Positions 38,294 through 48,554 are shown, counted from the stretch's first letter. The stretch: DNA of 49,844 nt from Rikenellaceae bacterium (GCA_029068395.1 JAIECQ010000152.1:1-49844); one strand, 5' to 3'. Numbers and translations: made by a program. Notes: a model not told the origin generated them from the letters alone.

Positions 38294-40486
38294 TTATAGG
38301 CGCACCCGTTTGAGTCGCAGGCTGTTGAGCACTACCGATACCGAGCTGAACATCATTGCGGCCCCTGCCCACATGGGGTTGAGCACCAGTCCGAAAGAGG
38401 GGTAGAGCGCTCCTGCTGCCACGGGTATGGCTATTATGTTGTATATGAATGCCCAAAACAGGTTTTGCCGTATCACGCCGACACATTTGCGCGACAGCCT
38501 TATGGCTACCGGCAACTTAGACAGGTCGGAGGTCATGAGCGTTATCATGGCCACATCCATGGCCACATCGGTGCCCTGACCCATGGCTATGCTGACGTCG
38601 GCGCGGGCCAGGGCCTGCGAGTCGTTGATGCCGTCGCCCACCATGGCCACCTTGTGCCCCTTGGTCTGAAGGTCAGATATGTAGTCGTCTTTGTCTTGCG
38701 GCAACATGCCGGCGCCCACATGCTCTATGCCTGTGAGGGCGGCAACCGCGCGGGCGGCCGACGGCGAGTCGCCAGTGAGCATGTGCACCTGAACGCCTTG
38801 ACGTTGAAGCGAGTCTACCGCCTCGGCAGAGCTTGCCTTGAGAGGGTCGCTGACAGCAATAAGGGCTATGAGCCTGTCGTCGGTGCCGTAGTAGATGACG
38901 CTGCCGCCGCTCTCTTGCCAGTGCGTCACAAACAATGAGGCTTTGTCGTCAGGCAGCGGTGTACGGGCTGCGAACGAGGCGTTGCCAACCCTGTAACGAC
39001 GTCCGCGGAACGAGGCTTCGACGCCACGCCCTGTGATGCTCTCGAAGCTGTCGGGGGCTGTCGCCTCTATGTCTAAAGAGGCTATCTTGTCGGCGATGGC
39101 CTGTGCCAGCGGATGTTCCGAGAGTGCCTCTATGCCTCGCAGCAGGGCCTTGTCGTCATTGTCGCCATACCATAGCATGTCGGTGACCACGGGGTGTCCC
39201 TGTGTGATGGTGCCTGTTTTGTCGAGCACCACACAGTCTGTGCGGCACAGGTTTTCAAGTGCAAAGGCATCTTTTATCAATATGTGGTTTTGGGCGCCGC
39301 GTCCCATGCCCACCATCAGGGCGGTGGGTGTGGCTAATCCCAGCGCGCATGGGCAGGCTATCACCAGCACCGTAGCCGCCGTTGTGACGGCAAGCGAGAG
39401 GTCGCCGCCCACAAAGAGCCACAGCAGGAATGTCGCCACCGATATGGCCACCACCGTAGGCACGAATATGGCGCTCACGCGGTCGACGATGCGTTGCACC
39501 GGAGCCTTGCTGCCCTGAGCCTGACGCACGGTCTCGACAATGCGTGCCAGCAGTGTGTCGCCGCCAACGGCACAGGCCTCCATGATAAAGGCGCCGCGTC
39601 CGTTGATGGTGCCCGAGAGCACCTTGTCGCCGCTGCTTTTATCGACGGGCAGGGGTTCGCCGCTTATCATGCTCTCGTCGACAAACGAGCTGCCGCTTAC
39701 CACCACTCCGTCGACGGCAATCTTCTCGCCCGGACGTACGCTTATGCGGTCGCCCACAGAGAGTGACGACACGGCCACCTCGCGTTCGCCGTCGGCATCG
39801 ACTAAGCGGGCCGTGAGGGGCTGAAGCCCCATCAGGCTCTTGATGGCAGAGCCGGTGCTGCGCTTGGCACGCTCTTCAAGCAGCTTGCCCAACGACACAA
39901 AGGCGATGACCATGACGGCAGCCTCGTAGTATAGGTGGGGCGTGACACCTCTGTCGAGCCAGAAGTGCGGAAACAGCATATTGAAAAGGCTGTAGACAAA
40001 CGCAATGGAGACACTCAGACTCACGAGCGTATCCATGCCTGCCGCTCCCTCTCTTATCTGCTTAAGCGCGTGGGTGAAGAACGGACGTCCGCAAAAGAGT
40101 ATGACGCACATGGTAAGCCCTAATTGCAGCCACCATGACCACATATGGTGCATGAACGCCATAGAGAGCACCATGACAGGAACCGAAAGAACCCATGCCG
40201 TTATTACGCGACGGCGTAGCGCCATGTACTGTTTGTGCTCTATGGCTTCTGTAATGTCTCCGGCGGGGTCTTCGTCTATGACAAGGTCGTAACCGATAGA
40301 TTGCACCTCTTGTCTGAGGTGGGGCAGTGTCACTTTGTCGGCATCGTATTCCACAGACAGTGTGGACGATGCGAAATTGACATTTGCCGACTTGACGCCG
40401 GGAATAGTCCTTACCTTTTTCTCTACGTTGCCCGCACACACGGCGCAACTCATTTCCAATACCGGCAACTCTCTTTTTTGAGTCAT
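38294..40486 (-). CDS. copA: Cu(I)-translocating P1B-1-type ATPase
   Basis: N-terminal HMA ([12 protein letters not shown]), TGE, CPC ([11 protein letters not shown]), DKTGTIT, GDGINDS, plus the TM signatures YN (AFIYNII) and MxxSS ([10 protein letters not shown]). Confidence 0.93.
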   Translation of the reverse strand: MTQKRELPVLEMSCAVCAGNVEKKVRTIPGVKSANVNFASSTLSVEYDADKVTLPHLRQEVQSIGYDLVIDEDPAGDITEAIEHKQYMALRRRVITAWVLSVPVMVLSMAFMHHMWSWWLQLGLTMCVILFCGRPFFTHALKQIREGAAGMDTLVSLSVSIAFVYSLFNMLFPHFWLDRGVTPHLYYEAAVMVIAFVSLGKLLEERAKRSTGSAIKSLMGLQPLTARLVDADGEREVAVSSLSVGDRISVRPGEKIAVDGVVVSGSSFVDESMISGEPLPVDKSSGDKVLSGTINGRGAFIMEACAVGGDTLLARIVETVRQAQGSKAPVQRIVDRVSAIFVPTVVAISVATFLLWLFVGGDLSLAVTTAATVLVIACPCALGLATPTALMVGMGRGAQNHILIKDAFALENLCRTDCVVLDKTGTITQGHPVVTDMLWYGDNDDKALLRGIEALSEHPLAQAIADKIASLDIEATAPDSFESITGRGVEASFRGRRYRVGNASFAARTPLPDDKASLFVTHWQESGGSVIYYGTDDRLIALIAVSDPLKASSAEAVDSLQRQGVQVHMLTGDSPSAARAVAALTGIEHVGAGMLPQDKDDYISDLQTKGHKVAMVGDGINDSQALARADVSIAMGQGTDVAMDVAMITLMTSDLSKLPVAIRLSRKCVGVIRQNLFWAFIYNIIAIPVAAGALYPSFGLVLNPMWAGAAMMFSSVSVVLNSLRLKRVRL

Positions 40487-40537
40487 GGCGATAGTCGTCT
40501 TTTGATTGTTATGATGGCGGCAATGTTCATGCCGCCG

Positions 40538-40969
40538 TTAATATGTCGTCTGCTCTTTGTTGCAGTCGGGGCATAGACCTTTGAGCACATAGTTGACATC
40601 GTGTAATGCAAATCCAGCGGGGAGCTTAACCATAGGAGCCTGCACATTGCGTATGCAGACGGTCTTGTGGCAACGTTCGCAGGTGAAATGCACGTGCATG
40701 TGGTCGTGCGGAGAGCTGTCGCCCTTGCACAGCGAATATTTGACAGCCCCCGAGCCGTCGTCTATGTCGTGTATCAGGTGGCGTTCGGCAAAGAGGGTCA
40801 GCGTTCTGAAAACGGTCGACTTGTCTACCGTGTCGAGCGCTTGCTCTATGTCGCTCATGCTGAAGGCGGTGTCGAACATGTGCATCGTTCTCAGTATCAT
40901 TATCCTGACGGAAGTTGGTCTTATGCCTCTGGCGTCAAGTTCTTGTCTGTATGTCTCATGCTCTGTCAT
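40538..40969 (-). CDS. Fur-family metalloregulator (Fur/Zur/PerR class not resolvable by eye)
   Basis: 143 aa from the ATG at 40969. Winged helix (RPTSVRIMILRTM...STVFRTLTLFAERHLI), HDHMHVH, and two CxxC pairs (CERC, CPDC). The ATG overlaps the stop of the upstream ATPase (ATGA). Confidence 0.85.
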   Translation of the reverse strand: MTEHETYRQELDARGIRPTSVRIMILRTMHMFDTAFSMSDIEQALDTVDKSTVFRTLTLFAERHLIHDIDDGSGAVKYSLCKGDSSPHDHMHVHFTCERCHKTVCIRNVQAPMVKLPAGFALHDVNYVLKGLCPDCNKEQTTY

Positions 40970-42930
40970 CTTGTACCGAATTTCATCTTCAATATTCTCA
41001 GTGCGTTGGCTACCAGCACTATCAATATGCCCACGTCGGCAAATACCGCGCCCCATATCGAGAGTATGCCCAAAGCACCCGTCAGCAGCACCGCCATCTT
41101 AACGGCCACCGCCATTATGACATTCTGTCTCACCACGGCTACGGTTGCGCGTCCTATCTTAACGGCTACGGCTACCTTAGACGGCTCGTCAGACTCTATT
41201 ACCACATCGGCCGACAGCACCGCCACATCGCTGCCTTGTCTGCCCATGGCCACCGCCACGTCGGCTGTCGCCATGACGGGGGCGTCGTTGATGCCGTCGC
41301 CCACGAAGGCGCTCTTGTGTCCCCGGCGGGTCACAGACTCGACAAAGGCGGCCTTGTCACCCGGCAGCATGTCGCCGTGTCCCTCTATGGACAGCTTTCC
41401 GGCAACGGCGTCGACGGCCTGTTGATGGTCGCCCGAGAGTATGGCAATGTCTGTTATGCCGAGAGAGCGCAGCTGACGCACTGCATCGCGGGAATCGTCT
41501 TTGAGTCTGTCGCCCAGTGATATATAGCCGAGGAATGTGCCGTCGTACGCGCAGGCCACCATAGTGCCTTCGGCTTGCGACACATGGTCGGGGAGGGTTA
41601 TGTTTTCGTCTCTCAAGAGCGACAGATTGCCTGCCAGCAGCCTCTTTCCGCGGTATGAGCCGGCCATGCCGTGACCGGCAATCTCGGTTATCTGGTCAAC
41701 ATCTATAGGGGCTATCTTCTCTTTCTGCGCATAACGCACAACGGCACATGCCACAGGGTGGGTGCTGGCAGCCTCAAGTGCCGCGGTGAGACCGACCATG
41801 AGATGTTCGGAGACGTCAGAGACGCACACTACCGACTGCACGTCAAACACTCCGTCGGTGAGTGTGCCCGTCTTGTCGAAGAGCACCGTGTCGACTCTGG
41901 CCGCCGACTCGATGCTGTCGCCCCCCTTGAACAGTATGCCGTATCGTGAGGCTATGCCTATGCCGCTGAAATAGCTTAACGGCACGCTCATGACCAGAGC
42001 ACAGGGACACGACACCGCCAGAAAGACCACAGCCCTGTATATCCACTCAGAGACTGCAAACGAGCTCATGCCGCCAAGGCGCCACACAAGGTAGGGTACA
42101 GCCACTATAAGCACCGCGCCCAGTATGACGGCAGGGGTGTATATGCGGGCGAAGCGGCGTATGAACAGCTCGGTGCGGGCTTTGCGACGTCCTGCCTCCT
42201 CGACCATGCGCACCATGTCGCTGACGGCGCTTCGGTCATAGCTTTCGACGGTGACAAGACGCACGGCTCTCTCTTTGGCTATCAGTCCTGACGACACCCT
42301 GTCGCCCTCGCGGAAAAGGCGCGGTATGCTCTCGCCTGTCATAGCTGAGGTGTCGAACAGGGCCTCGGCACAGCTCAGGCGCGAGTCTATGGCTACGCTT
42401 TGTCCTGCCTTGACCTCTATGGTCGACCCTACGGCTACCTCTTGCGGAGGTGTCTCAACGGCTCCCGTGGGCGTTATAACCGTCACCATAAGTGAACGCA
42501 GACCCAGCAGAGCCTCTATGTCGGCATGGGCCTTGTGTACAGCTCTGTGTTGCAGGTATTCGCCCAAGGAGTAGAAGAGCATCACGGCCACACCCTCGGG
42601 GTATTCGCCTATGTAAAAGGCTCCTGCCGACGCCACAGTCATGAGCATGAACTCGCTGAACCACACCCCGCGGGCCATCTGTCGTGTCATCTGTACAATG
42701 ACGGGCAGACCCACAGGCAGAAAGGCTGCGGCAAACCACACCGCACGTGCGTGGGCAAACGACGAGAACAACATGTCGGCATACGGTGTCATGCCGAAAG
42801 CCAGCATCGCAGCCGAGACAACCATAGAGACAACAGTAACCATAAACTTGATCTTTATGCGGGATGTCGTCGTTTTATTCATGACGCATCCCTGACTGTC
42901 GGAGAGGCTCCCGGTCGCAGACTCGGGCAT
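40966..42930 (-). CDS. Heavy-metal P1B-type ATPase with a CPC motif and no N-terminal HMA domain (Zn/Cd/Co-type candidate)
   Basis: SCPCALVMSVP, DKTGTLT, TGES and GDGINDAP. The N-terminus goes straight into TM helices. The start is uncertain: ATG 42930 (MPESATG...) or ATG 42882 (MNKTTTS...). ORF start 42978 is rejected because it lies upstream of the predicted -7 box. Confidence 0.88.
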   Translation of the reverse strand: MPESATGSLSDSQGCVMNKTTTSRIKIKFMVTVVSMVVSAAMLAFGMTPYADMLFSSFAHARAVWFAAAFLPVGLPVIVQMTRQMARGVWFSEFMLMTVASAGAFYIGEYPEGVAVMLFYSLGEYLQHRAVHKAHADIEALLGLRSLMVTVITPTGAVETPPQEVAVGSTIEVKAGQSVAIDSRLSCAEALFDTSAMTGESIPRLFREGDRVSSGLIAKERAVRLVTVESYDRSAVSDMVRMVEEAGRRKARTELFIRRFARIYTPAVILGAVLIVAVPYLVWRLGGMSSFAVSEWIYRAVVFLAVSCPCALVMSVPLSYFSGIGIASRYGILFKGGDSIESAARVDTVLFDKTGTLTDGVFDVQSVVCVSDVSEHLMVGLTAALEAASTHPVACAVVRYAQKEKIAPIDVDQITEIAGHGMAGSYRGKRLLAGNLSLLRDENITLPDHVSQAEGTMVACAYDGTFLGYISLGDRLKDDSRDAVRQLRSLGITDIAILSGDHQQAVDAVAGKLSIEGHGDMLPGDKAAFVESVTRRGHKSAFVGDGINDAPVMATADVAVAMGRQGSDVAVLSADVVIESDEPSKVAVAVKIGRATVAVVRQNVIMAVAVKMAVLLTGALGILSIWGAVFADVGILIVLVANALRILKMKFGTR

Positions 42931-42953
42931 GCCTCCCCGACGATTAACGGTTA

Positions 42954-42961
42954 CAAATATA
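42954..42961 (-). promoter_or_regulatory. -7 promoter box TATATTTG for the metal operon
   Basis: The reverse complement of caaatata matches, 24 nt upstream of the ATG at 42930. Confidence 0.45.
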
Positions 42962-42972
42962 ATACTATTGTC

Positions 42973-42989
42973 TTGCAATCCGATTGCAA
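42973..42989. promoter_or_regulatory. Perfect 8-1-8 palindrome TTGCAATC-C-GATTGCAA over the -33 region of the metal-operon promoter (candidate operator)
   Basis: Read directly: TTGCAATC at 42973-42980, C at 42981, GATTGCAA at 42982-42989. It lies 12-28 nt upstream of the -7 box. Confidence 0.5.
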
Positions 42990-43134
42990 ATGTTCGCTAT
43001 TTCCCGTAATGTCGGTATTCGCTACGGCTTTACGCGCGTTGTTTGTCTTACGGCCGTTCCGTTACGACGCGTCGCTGTTCGTCGTCGGGTGCGACGGGCT
43101 TATCGGCGGCGGCTTGGCAGGAGAGCGTCGGCGC

Positions 43135-45054
43135 TTATATGCGGTGTCCGGCGGCGTGCTCCGACTCGTAATAACGTATGAAAGCCTCGTTTACGAGCCG
43201 TGTGCCGCCGGGGGTGGGGTAATTGCCCGAGAAATACCAGTCGCCGGTGTGGTCGGCGCATACGGCATGCAATGCCTCTATCGACTGGAAGACCACCTCC
43301 ACGGGACAGCTTATGCCGTCGGGCGTCACCAGGCGGCTTATAGTTCGCGCTATCGTCGCATCGCCGAAAGGCTCATATACGGCTTTGACGCAGTTGACGA
43401 GCTGTAGGTCGGCGACGCCCCTCTGCATGACGGCACGGCGATAGACCTGTTCGAGCGTCACCCCCGTGTCGTTCTCTTCGAGCAGCTTAACGGCCGCCCT
43501 GAAGGCCACCAGCGAGCCTATGTCGGACATGTCTATGCCGTAAAAATCGGGATAGCGTATCTGCGGCGACGACGACACGACCACCAGTTTCTTCGGATTC
43601 AATCGGGCCAGTATGCGCACGATGCTCCGGCGCAGGGTGGTGCCGCGAACGATACTGTCGTCGATCACCACCAGGTTGTCTTCCCGCGGACGCACAGAGC
43701 CGTAAATGACGTCGTACACATGGGCGGCCAGGTCGTCGCGGCAGTTGCCCTCAGCGATGAACGTGCGCAGTTTTATGTCTTTTACCGCCACCTTCTCGAT
43801 GCGCACTTTGCTTTCGAGAATGGAGGCGACTGCGGCATGGTCGGCAGTGCCCGACTCGATGATCCGTCGTGTCTTTATCTCGTCGAGACGTTTTTCGAGT
43901 GCCTGTACCATGCCGTAAAAGGCGTTTTCGGCGGTGTTGGGTATGAATGAGAAGACGGTGTTGTCCAGATCTCCGCCTATCGCCTCCATCACCTGCGGCA
44001 CCACCTCGGCTCCCAGCCCCTTGCGCTCTTTGTAGATGTCGCGGTCGCTTCCGCGCGAGAAATAGATGCGCTCGAAAGAGCACGAGGCACGTTTGCGAGG
44101 TTCGAGCACCTGCACCGTAACCACCTGGCCGTCGGCCCGGGTGATCAACGCTTCGCCGGGTTCTATTTCGCGTATATCGTCGGTGTCGAGATCCATCACC
44201 GTCTGTATCACAGGGCGTTCCGATGCCGTGACGACCATCTCTTCGCCGACATGGTAAAAGGCGGGACGTATGCCCCATGGGTCGCGTAAGACGAATGTCT
44301 CGCCGCTTCCGGTCATGCCGCATATAACGAAACCTCCGTCCCACATACGCGCGCAAGGCGCTATCACCCGTTCTATGCGTAAGTTGCGTTCTATCTGTTC
44401 GATAAGCTCGCGTTCGTCGGGAAACCGTCCTTCTGCCAGGCGTCTGAGCCTCTCTATCTCGAGATCGAGTTCATGCCCCACCTGCTCGAGCAACAGAGTG
44501 GTGTCGGAGGTGCTGCGTGGGTGTTGTCCGCGTTCGAGAAGGTCAGAGAACAACTCGTCTATGTTGGTCATGTTGAAATTGCCGCACAGAGCCATTGTGG
44601 CGGCACGATAGTTACTCCGTCTGAGAAACGGGTGGACGTACGTTATGCCCGAGCGGCCTGTGGTGCTGTAACGTAGATGGCCCATATATATGTCGCCCAC
44701 GAACGGCAGAGACATCCGTGCCGAGGAGTCTGCGTCGCCGCCTTTTCCGTCGGCATGGCCGGAGCGCGACTCTTTCTTCGCTTCGTCCATGCGCGCTCGT
44801 ATCGCCGCGAAGACCTCGCTTATGGCGTCGGCGCCTTCGGCCCTCTGGCGAAACATGAACTCTTCGCCGGGAGAGGAGGTGAGGCTGACGCATGCGACGC
44901 CGGCCCCCTCCTGACCGCGGTTGTGTTGCTTCTCCATGAGCAGGTATAACTTGTTGAGGGCATATTTGGTCGTGCCGTATTTCTTTAAAAAATAGTCTGT
45001 CGGTTTGCGCAACCTTATCATCGCAATGCCGCACTCGTGTTTCAATTGTTCCAT
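43135..45054 (-). CDS. purF: Amidophosphoribosyltransferase (class II Gln amidotransferase plus PRTase)
   Basis: MEQLKHE-CGIAMIRL places the Ntn catalytic Cys after a short propeptide. Also a GATase-2 domain and the PRPP-binding motif LVVIDDSIVRGTT. ATG at 45054; the upstream 89 codons of the ORF are not PurF-like. Confidence 0.9.
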   Translation of the reverse strand: MEQLKHECGIAMIRLRKPTDYFLKKYGTTKYALNKLYLLMEKQHNRGQEGAGVACVSLTSSPGEEFMFRQRAEGADAISEVFAAIRARMDEAKKESRSGHADGKGGDADSSARMSLPFVGDIYMGHLRYSTTGRSGITYVHPFLRRSNYRAATMALCGNFNMTNIDELFSDLLERGQHPRSTSDTTLLLEQVGHELDLEIERLRRLAEGRFPDERELIEQIERNLRIERVIAPCARMWDGGFVICGMTGSGETFVLRDPWGIRPAFYHVGEEMVVTASERPVIQTVMDLDTDDIREIEPGEALITRADGQVVTVQVLEPRKRASCSFERIYFSRGSDRDIYKERKGLGAEVVPQVMEAIGGDLDNTVFSFIPNTAENAFYGMVQALEKRLDEIKTRRIIESGTADHAAVASILESKVRIEKVAVKDIKLRTFIAEGNCRDDLAAHVYDVIYGSVRPREDNLVVIDDSIVRGTTLRRSIVRILARLNPKKLVVVSSSPQIRYPDFYGIDMSDIGSLVAFRAAVKLLEENDTGVTLEQVYRRAVMQRGVADLQLVNCVKAVYEPFGDATIARTISRLVTPDGISCPVEVVFQSIEALHAVCADHTGDWYFSGNYPTPGGTRLVNEAFIRYYESEHAAGHRI

Positions 45055-45130
45055 TATTTTCGATTTTAACCCGTCGTATCGCCATCCGAGCCAACCGCAT
45101 GAACCGCCGGCGGCAGAGGAGTGTAACGAT

Positions 45131-45165
45131 AAAAAAAAGGCTGCAAGCGTTTTGTCTTGCAGCCG
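45131..45165 (-). terminator. Terminator of the GSIII gene
   Basis: GGCTGCAAG (45139-45147) / CTTGCAGCC (45157-45165), followed on the minus strand by T8 (A45131-45138). Confidence 0.8.
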
Positions 45166-45173
45166 TGAAAAAG

Positions 45174-47366
45174 CTATCTTATGAAGAGCAGTTCGCGATA
45201 TTTGGGTAGCGTCCACACCCTGTCGTCGACGATAAGCTCGAGTTTGTCGATGTGTCGTCTTATCTCGCTCATAAGCGGCACCACAGTGTCGTGGTAGGCT
45301 ATGGCCTTCTCGCGCTCGCACTCTATCACGTTGGCGGTCTTGCGTGCGTTCACCAGTTTGGTGACGTTGTCGGTTATGAAGTCGACATGGCCCGATATCT
45401 GGCGTATAAGCTCTATGTCGTGGCGCGACATACGTTCGGCCTCCTCATGGTCAAAGAGCGCCTTTATCTTATAGACGTTGTCAAGCAGCACCGACTGATA
45501 GCCCGAGGCTACCGGCACTATGTGGTTCATGGTGAGGTCGCCAAGCACGCGGGCCTCTATCTGTATCTTCTTGGTGTAGGTCTCCCATGCCACCTCGGCG
45601 CGCGATTTGAGCTCGCGGCGGCTCAGCACCCCTGTACGCTCGAACATCTCCACGCTGCCGTTATCGACATAACGGTCAAAGATGAGGGGCACGCTCGTCT
45701 GGCAGTCGAGACCGCGTCGTGCCGCCTCGGCCTTCCACTCCTCGCTGTAGCCGTTGCCGTCGAACCATATGGCCTTGCAGTCGACGATAAGGCGTTTGAC
45801 GGCTGCAACCAAGGCCACCTCTTTGCTCATGCCTCCGGCGATAAGGGCGTCGACCTCGTCTTTGAAACGGCACAGCTGGTCGGCGACGGCGGCATTGAGC
45901 ACCAGCATGGCCTCGGCACTGTTGGCCGATGAACCTACGGCGCGGAACTCGAACCTGTTGCCCGTGAAAGCGAAGGGTGAGGTGCGGTTACGGTCGGTGT
46001 TGTCTAACAACAGCTCGGGTATGTTGGCCACGCCAAGCTCTAACTGCGACTTGCCGTCGAAAGTGATGATATCGTCGGTGTCGGCCGACTCCAGGCGTTC
46101 AAGCACATGGCTTATCTGTGTGCCCAAGAAGATGGATACTATGGCGGGGGGTGCCTCGCCTCCGCCCAGACGATGCGCGTTGGTGGCCGAGCTGATAGAG
46201 GCTTTGAGAAGTCCGTTGTGCGAGTGCACGGCTTTCATAACGTTGACAAGGAAGGTGACAAAACGCAGGTTCTCCAGCGCGTTGTCTCCGCCCGGCGACA
46301 GCAGGTTGACGCCTGTGTCGGTGCCGAGGCTCCAGTTGTTGTGTTTGCCCGATCCGTTGACTCCCTTGAAGGGCTTTTCGTGAAACAGCACGCGGAAGCC
46401 GTGGCGGCGGGCAACCCTGCGCATGACCACCATCAAAAGCAGGTTGTGGTCGTTGGCAAGGTTGGTCTCCTCGTATATGGGGGCCAGCTCGAACTGGTTG
46501 GGGGCCACCTCGTTATGACGTGTCCTGACAGGTATGCCTAACTTGAGGGCCTCTATCTCTAACTCGGTCATGAACGCCAGCACCCTTGATGGTATGGCGC
46601 CGAAGTAGTGGTCTTCGAGCTGCTGGTTTTTGGCGCTGTCGTGGCCCATGAGCGTGCGCCCCGTGAGCATGAGGTCGGGACGCGCAGCCCACAACGACTC
46701 GTCGACAAGGAAATACTCCTGCTCCCAGCCCAGATATGACACCACCTTGCTTACGTCGTCGTAGAAATAGCGGCACACATCGAGCGCGGCACGGCACACC
46801 GCATGGGTCGATTTGAGCAGCGGCGTCTTATAGTCGAGGGCATCGCCGGTGTATGATATGAACACCGTGGGTATGCAGAGTGTGTCGCCAACCACAAACG
46901 CCGGCGACGATATGTCCCAGGCAGAGTAACCGCGAGCCTCGAAGGTGTTGCGTATGCCTCCGTTGGGGAAGCTTGAGGCGTCGGTCTCTTGCTGTATCAG
47001 CATCTTGCCCGAGAACTCCTCTATGACACCGCCGCGGCCGTCATGCTCTATGAATGCGTCGTGCTTCTCGGCAGTGCCGCCCGTAAGAGGGTGGAACCAG
47101 TGGGTGTAATGGGTGGCGTTCATGTCTATGGCCCACTGACGCATGCCCTGGGCCACGCTGTCGGCGATATTGCGGTTCAACGGCAACCCTTTGTCGATAG
47201 ATTCGGTGAGGCTTCTGAAGGTACCCTTGGTGAGGTACTTCTGCATCCTCTCTCGGTTGAAGACGTTGACTCCGAAAAGTTCGGACGGACGGTGGGCGGG
47301 GGTCTCTAACTTGACCGGTTTGCGGCGGAAGGCCTCGGTAAGCAGTTCGAATCGCAAGATGCTCAT
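45174..47366 (-). CDS. glnN: Glutamine synthetase type III
   Basis: 730 aa, the size typical of GSIII. N-terminus MSILRFELL...FGVNVFNRERMQKYL, with catalytic-core motifs such as NGSGKHNNWS. Confidence 0.93.
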   Translation of the reverse strand: MSILRFELLTEAFRRKPVKLETPAHRPSELFGVNVFNRERMQKYLTKGTFRSLTESIDKGLPLNRNIADSVAQGMRQWAIDMNATHYTHWFHPLTGGTAEKHDAFIEHDGRGGVIEEFSGKMLIQQETDASSFPNGGIRNTFEARGYSAWDISSPAFVVGDTLCIPTVFISYTGDALDYKTPLLKSTHAVCRAALDVCRYFYDDVSKVVSYLGWEQEYFLVDESLWAARPDLMLTGRTLMGHDSAKNQQLEDHYFGAIPSRVLAFMTELEIEALKLGIPVRTRHNEVAPNQFELAPIYEETNLANDHNLLLMVVMRRVARRHGFRVLFHEKPFKGVNGSGKHNNWSLGTDTGVNLLSPGGDNALENLRFVTFLVNVMKAVHSHNGLLKASISSATNAHRLGGGEAPPAIVSIFLGTQISHVLERLESADTDDIITFDGKSQLELGVANIPELLLDNTDRNRTSPFAFTGNRFEFRAVGSSANSAEAMLVLNAAVADQLCRFKDEVDALIAGGMSKEVALVAAVKRLIVDCKAIWFDGNGYSEEWKAEAARRGLDCQTSVPLIFDRYVDNGSVEMFERTGVLSRRELKSRAEVAWETYTKKIQIEARVLGDLTMNHIVPVASGYQSVLLDNVYKIKALFDHEEAERMSRHDIELIRQISGHVDFITDNVTKLVNARKTANVIECEREKAIAYHDTVVPLMSEIRRHIDKLELIVDDRVWTLPKYRELLFIR

Positions 47367-47445
47367 ATTAGTGTGTTTAATTTAAATGATTCCTGTATCT
47401 TTTGTGCCGGTGTTTTTGTTTCTGTGCACGACCTTTATATGCCGG

Positions 47446-48150
47446 TTACAGCCCCAGATAGTTCATCACCACCGACACCAACGGTATGGCGAATGTGGTC
47501 ATTACGCCCATCACGCCTATGGCCAGCCCGCTGATGGCCCCTTCAACGGCACCCATCTTCATGGCGGCAGCCGTGCCCACGCCGTGTGACGAGGCTCCGA
47601 AAGCAAGCCCTCTGGCCACGGGTGACGATATGCGGAACACCCTGAACAGCCACGGAGCCGCCACCGCTCCGAAAATACCGCATATGACAACAGCCATGGA
47701 GGTGAGCGAGGCAATGCCGCCAGAGCGTTCCGACAGCTGTATGGCTATGGGCGTGGTGACCGACTTGGGCTGCATTGAGGCAACGACAGCATGGTCGGCA
47801 CCCGTGAGTCGCAATATGACGATGACGCTGACAACACCTACAATGCTGCCCACGAAGGTGGATACCAGTATGGAGGTGGCGTTCTCTTTTATATGTTCAA
47901 CCTGTTCATAGAGAACGTAACCCAATGACACCACCGTGGGGCCGAGCATGAACGATATCATCTCGGTCGACTCCTTATATGTCTGGTAAGGAACTCCCGT
48001 GACCTTGAGCAGCGTTATAAGCACCACCATGGACACGATGAGCGGATGAAGCACCCCTAAGTGTAGCTTGGAGAAGAGCCACACCGCACCCAGATAGGTG
48101 GCAATAGTCATGGTGAGCCAAAAGAGATGCGACCCTATGAACGCTTCCAT
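47446..48150 (-). CDS. lrgB: LrgB/CidB-family membrane protein
   Basis: 234 aa, polytopic. ...SVTTPIAIQLSE..GG...L....V...G family block. The start is adjacent to the lrgA stop. Confidence 0.88.
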   Translation of the reverse strand: MEAFIGSHLFWLTMTIATYLGAVWLFSKLHLGVLHPLIVSMVVLITLLKVTGVPYQTYKESTEMISFMLGPTVVSLGYVLYEQVEHIKENATSILVSTFVGSIVGVVSVIVILRLTGADHAVVASMQPKSVTTPIAIQLSERSGGIASLTSMAVVICGIFGAVAAPWLFRVFRISSPVARGLAFGASSHGVGTAAAMKMGAVEGAISGLAIGVMGVMTTFAIPLVSVVMNYLGL

Positions 48151-48516
48151 TTACCGACCCTCCTTTCTCTTGCGCCCGAAGCTTCTGACACCTATTTTCT
48201 GTTGCAGCAGTCCTACGGTGGCTATCACTATAATGGTGCTTAGTGTTGAGGCCAGTACTATGCCCAGGGCATTGCGCGATATGAGGTCTAACGATGCCAC
48301 CACACCAACGGCCGGAGGCAGGAAGAAGATGACCATGTTGCCGATAAGAGCTTTGGCTACCGTGTCGACACTTGCAGGCTTGACAATCTTAAGCGAGAGA
48401 GCACCGAACAAAAGCAACATGCCTATGACACTCCCGGGAATGAAATCGCCGGAGAGGATGGCGATGCCCTCGCCAATGAGGTAGAAAACAAGAATTACAA
48501 GCGTCTTATTAAGCAT
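48151..48516 (-). CDS. lrgA: LrgA/CidA-family holin-like membrane protein
   Basis: Four TM segments and about 121 aa from the ATG at 48516 (MLNKTLVILVFYLIGEGI...). The alternative ATG at 48546 would start only 8 nt after the -7 box. ORF start 48618 is rejected. Confidence 0.82.
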   Translation of the reverse strand: MLNKTLVILVFYLIGEGIAILSGDFIPGSVIGMLLLFGALSLKIVKPASVDTVAKALIGNMVIFFLPPAVGVVASLDLISRNALGIVLASTLSTIIVIATVGLLQQKIGVRSFGRKRKEGR

Positions 48517-48554
48517 TGTATTGGCGACATTGGTTTGTGTGCGCATTTCGGTGG

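Noticed and set aside
40514-40534. A hairpin GGCGGCA-N7-TGCCGCC between the Fur-family gene and copA, considered as a terminator.
   Set aside because: It has only a 7-bp stem and no U tract on the minus strand. At most it is a weak attenuator, so I mention it under the operon finding rather than as a feature.
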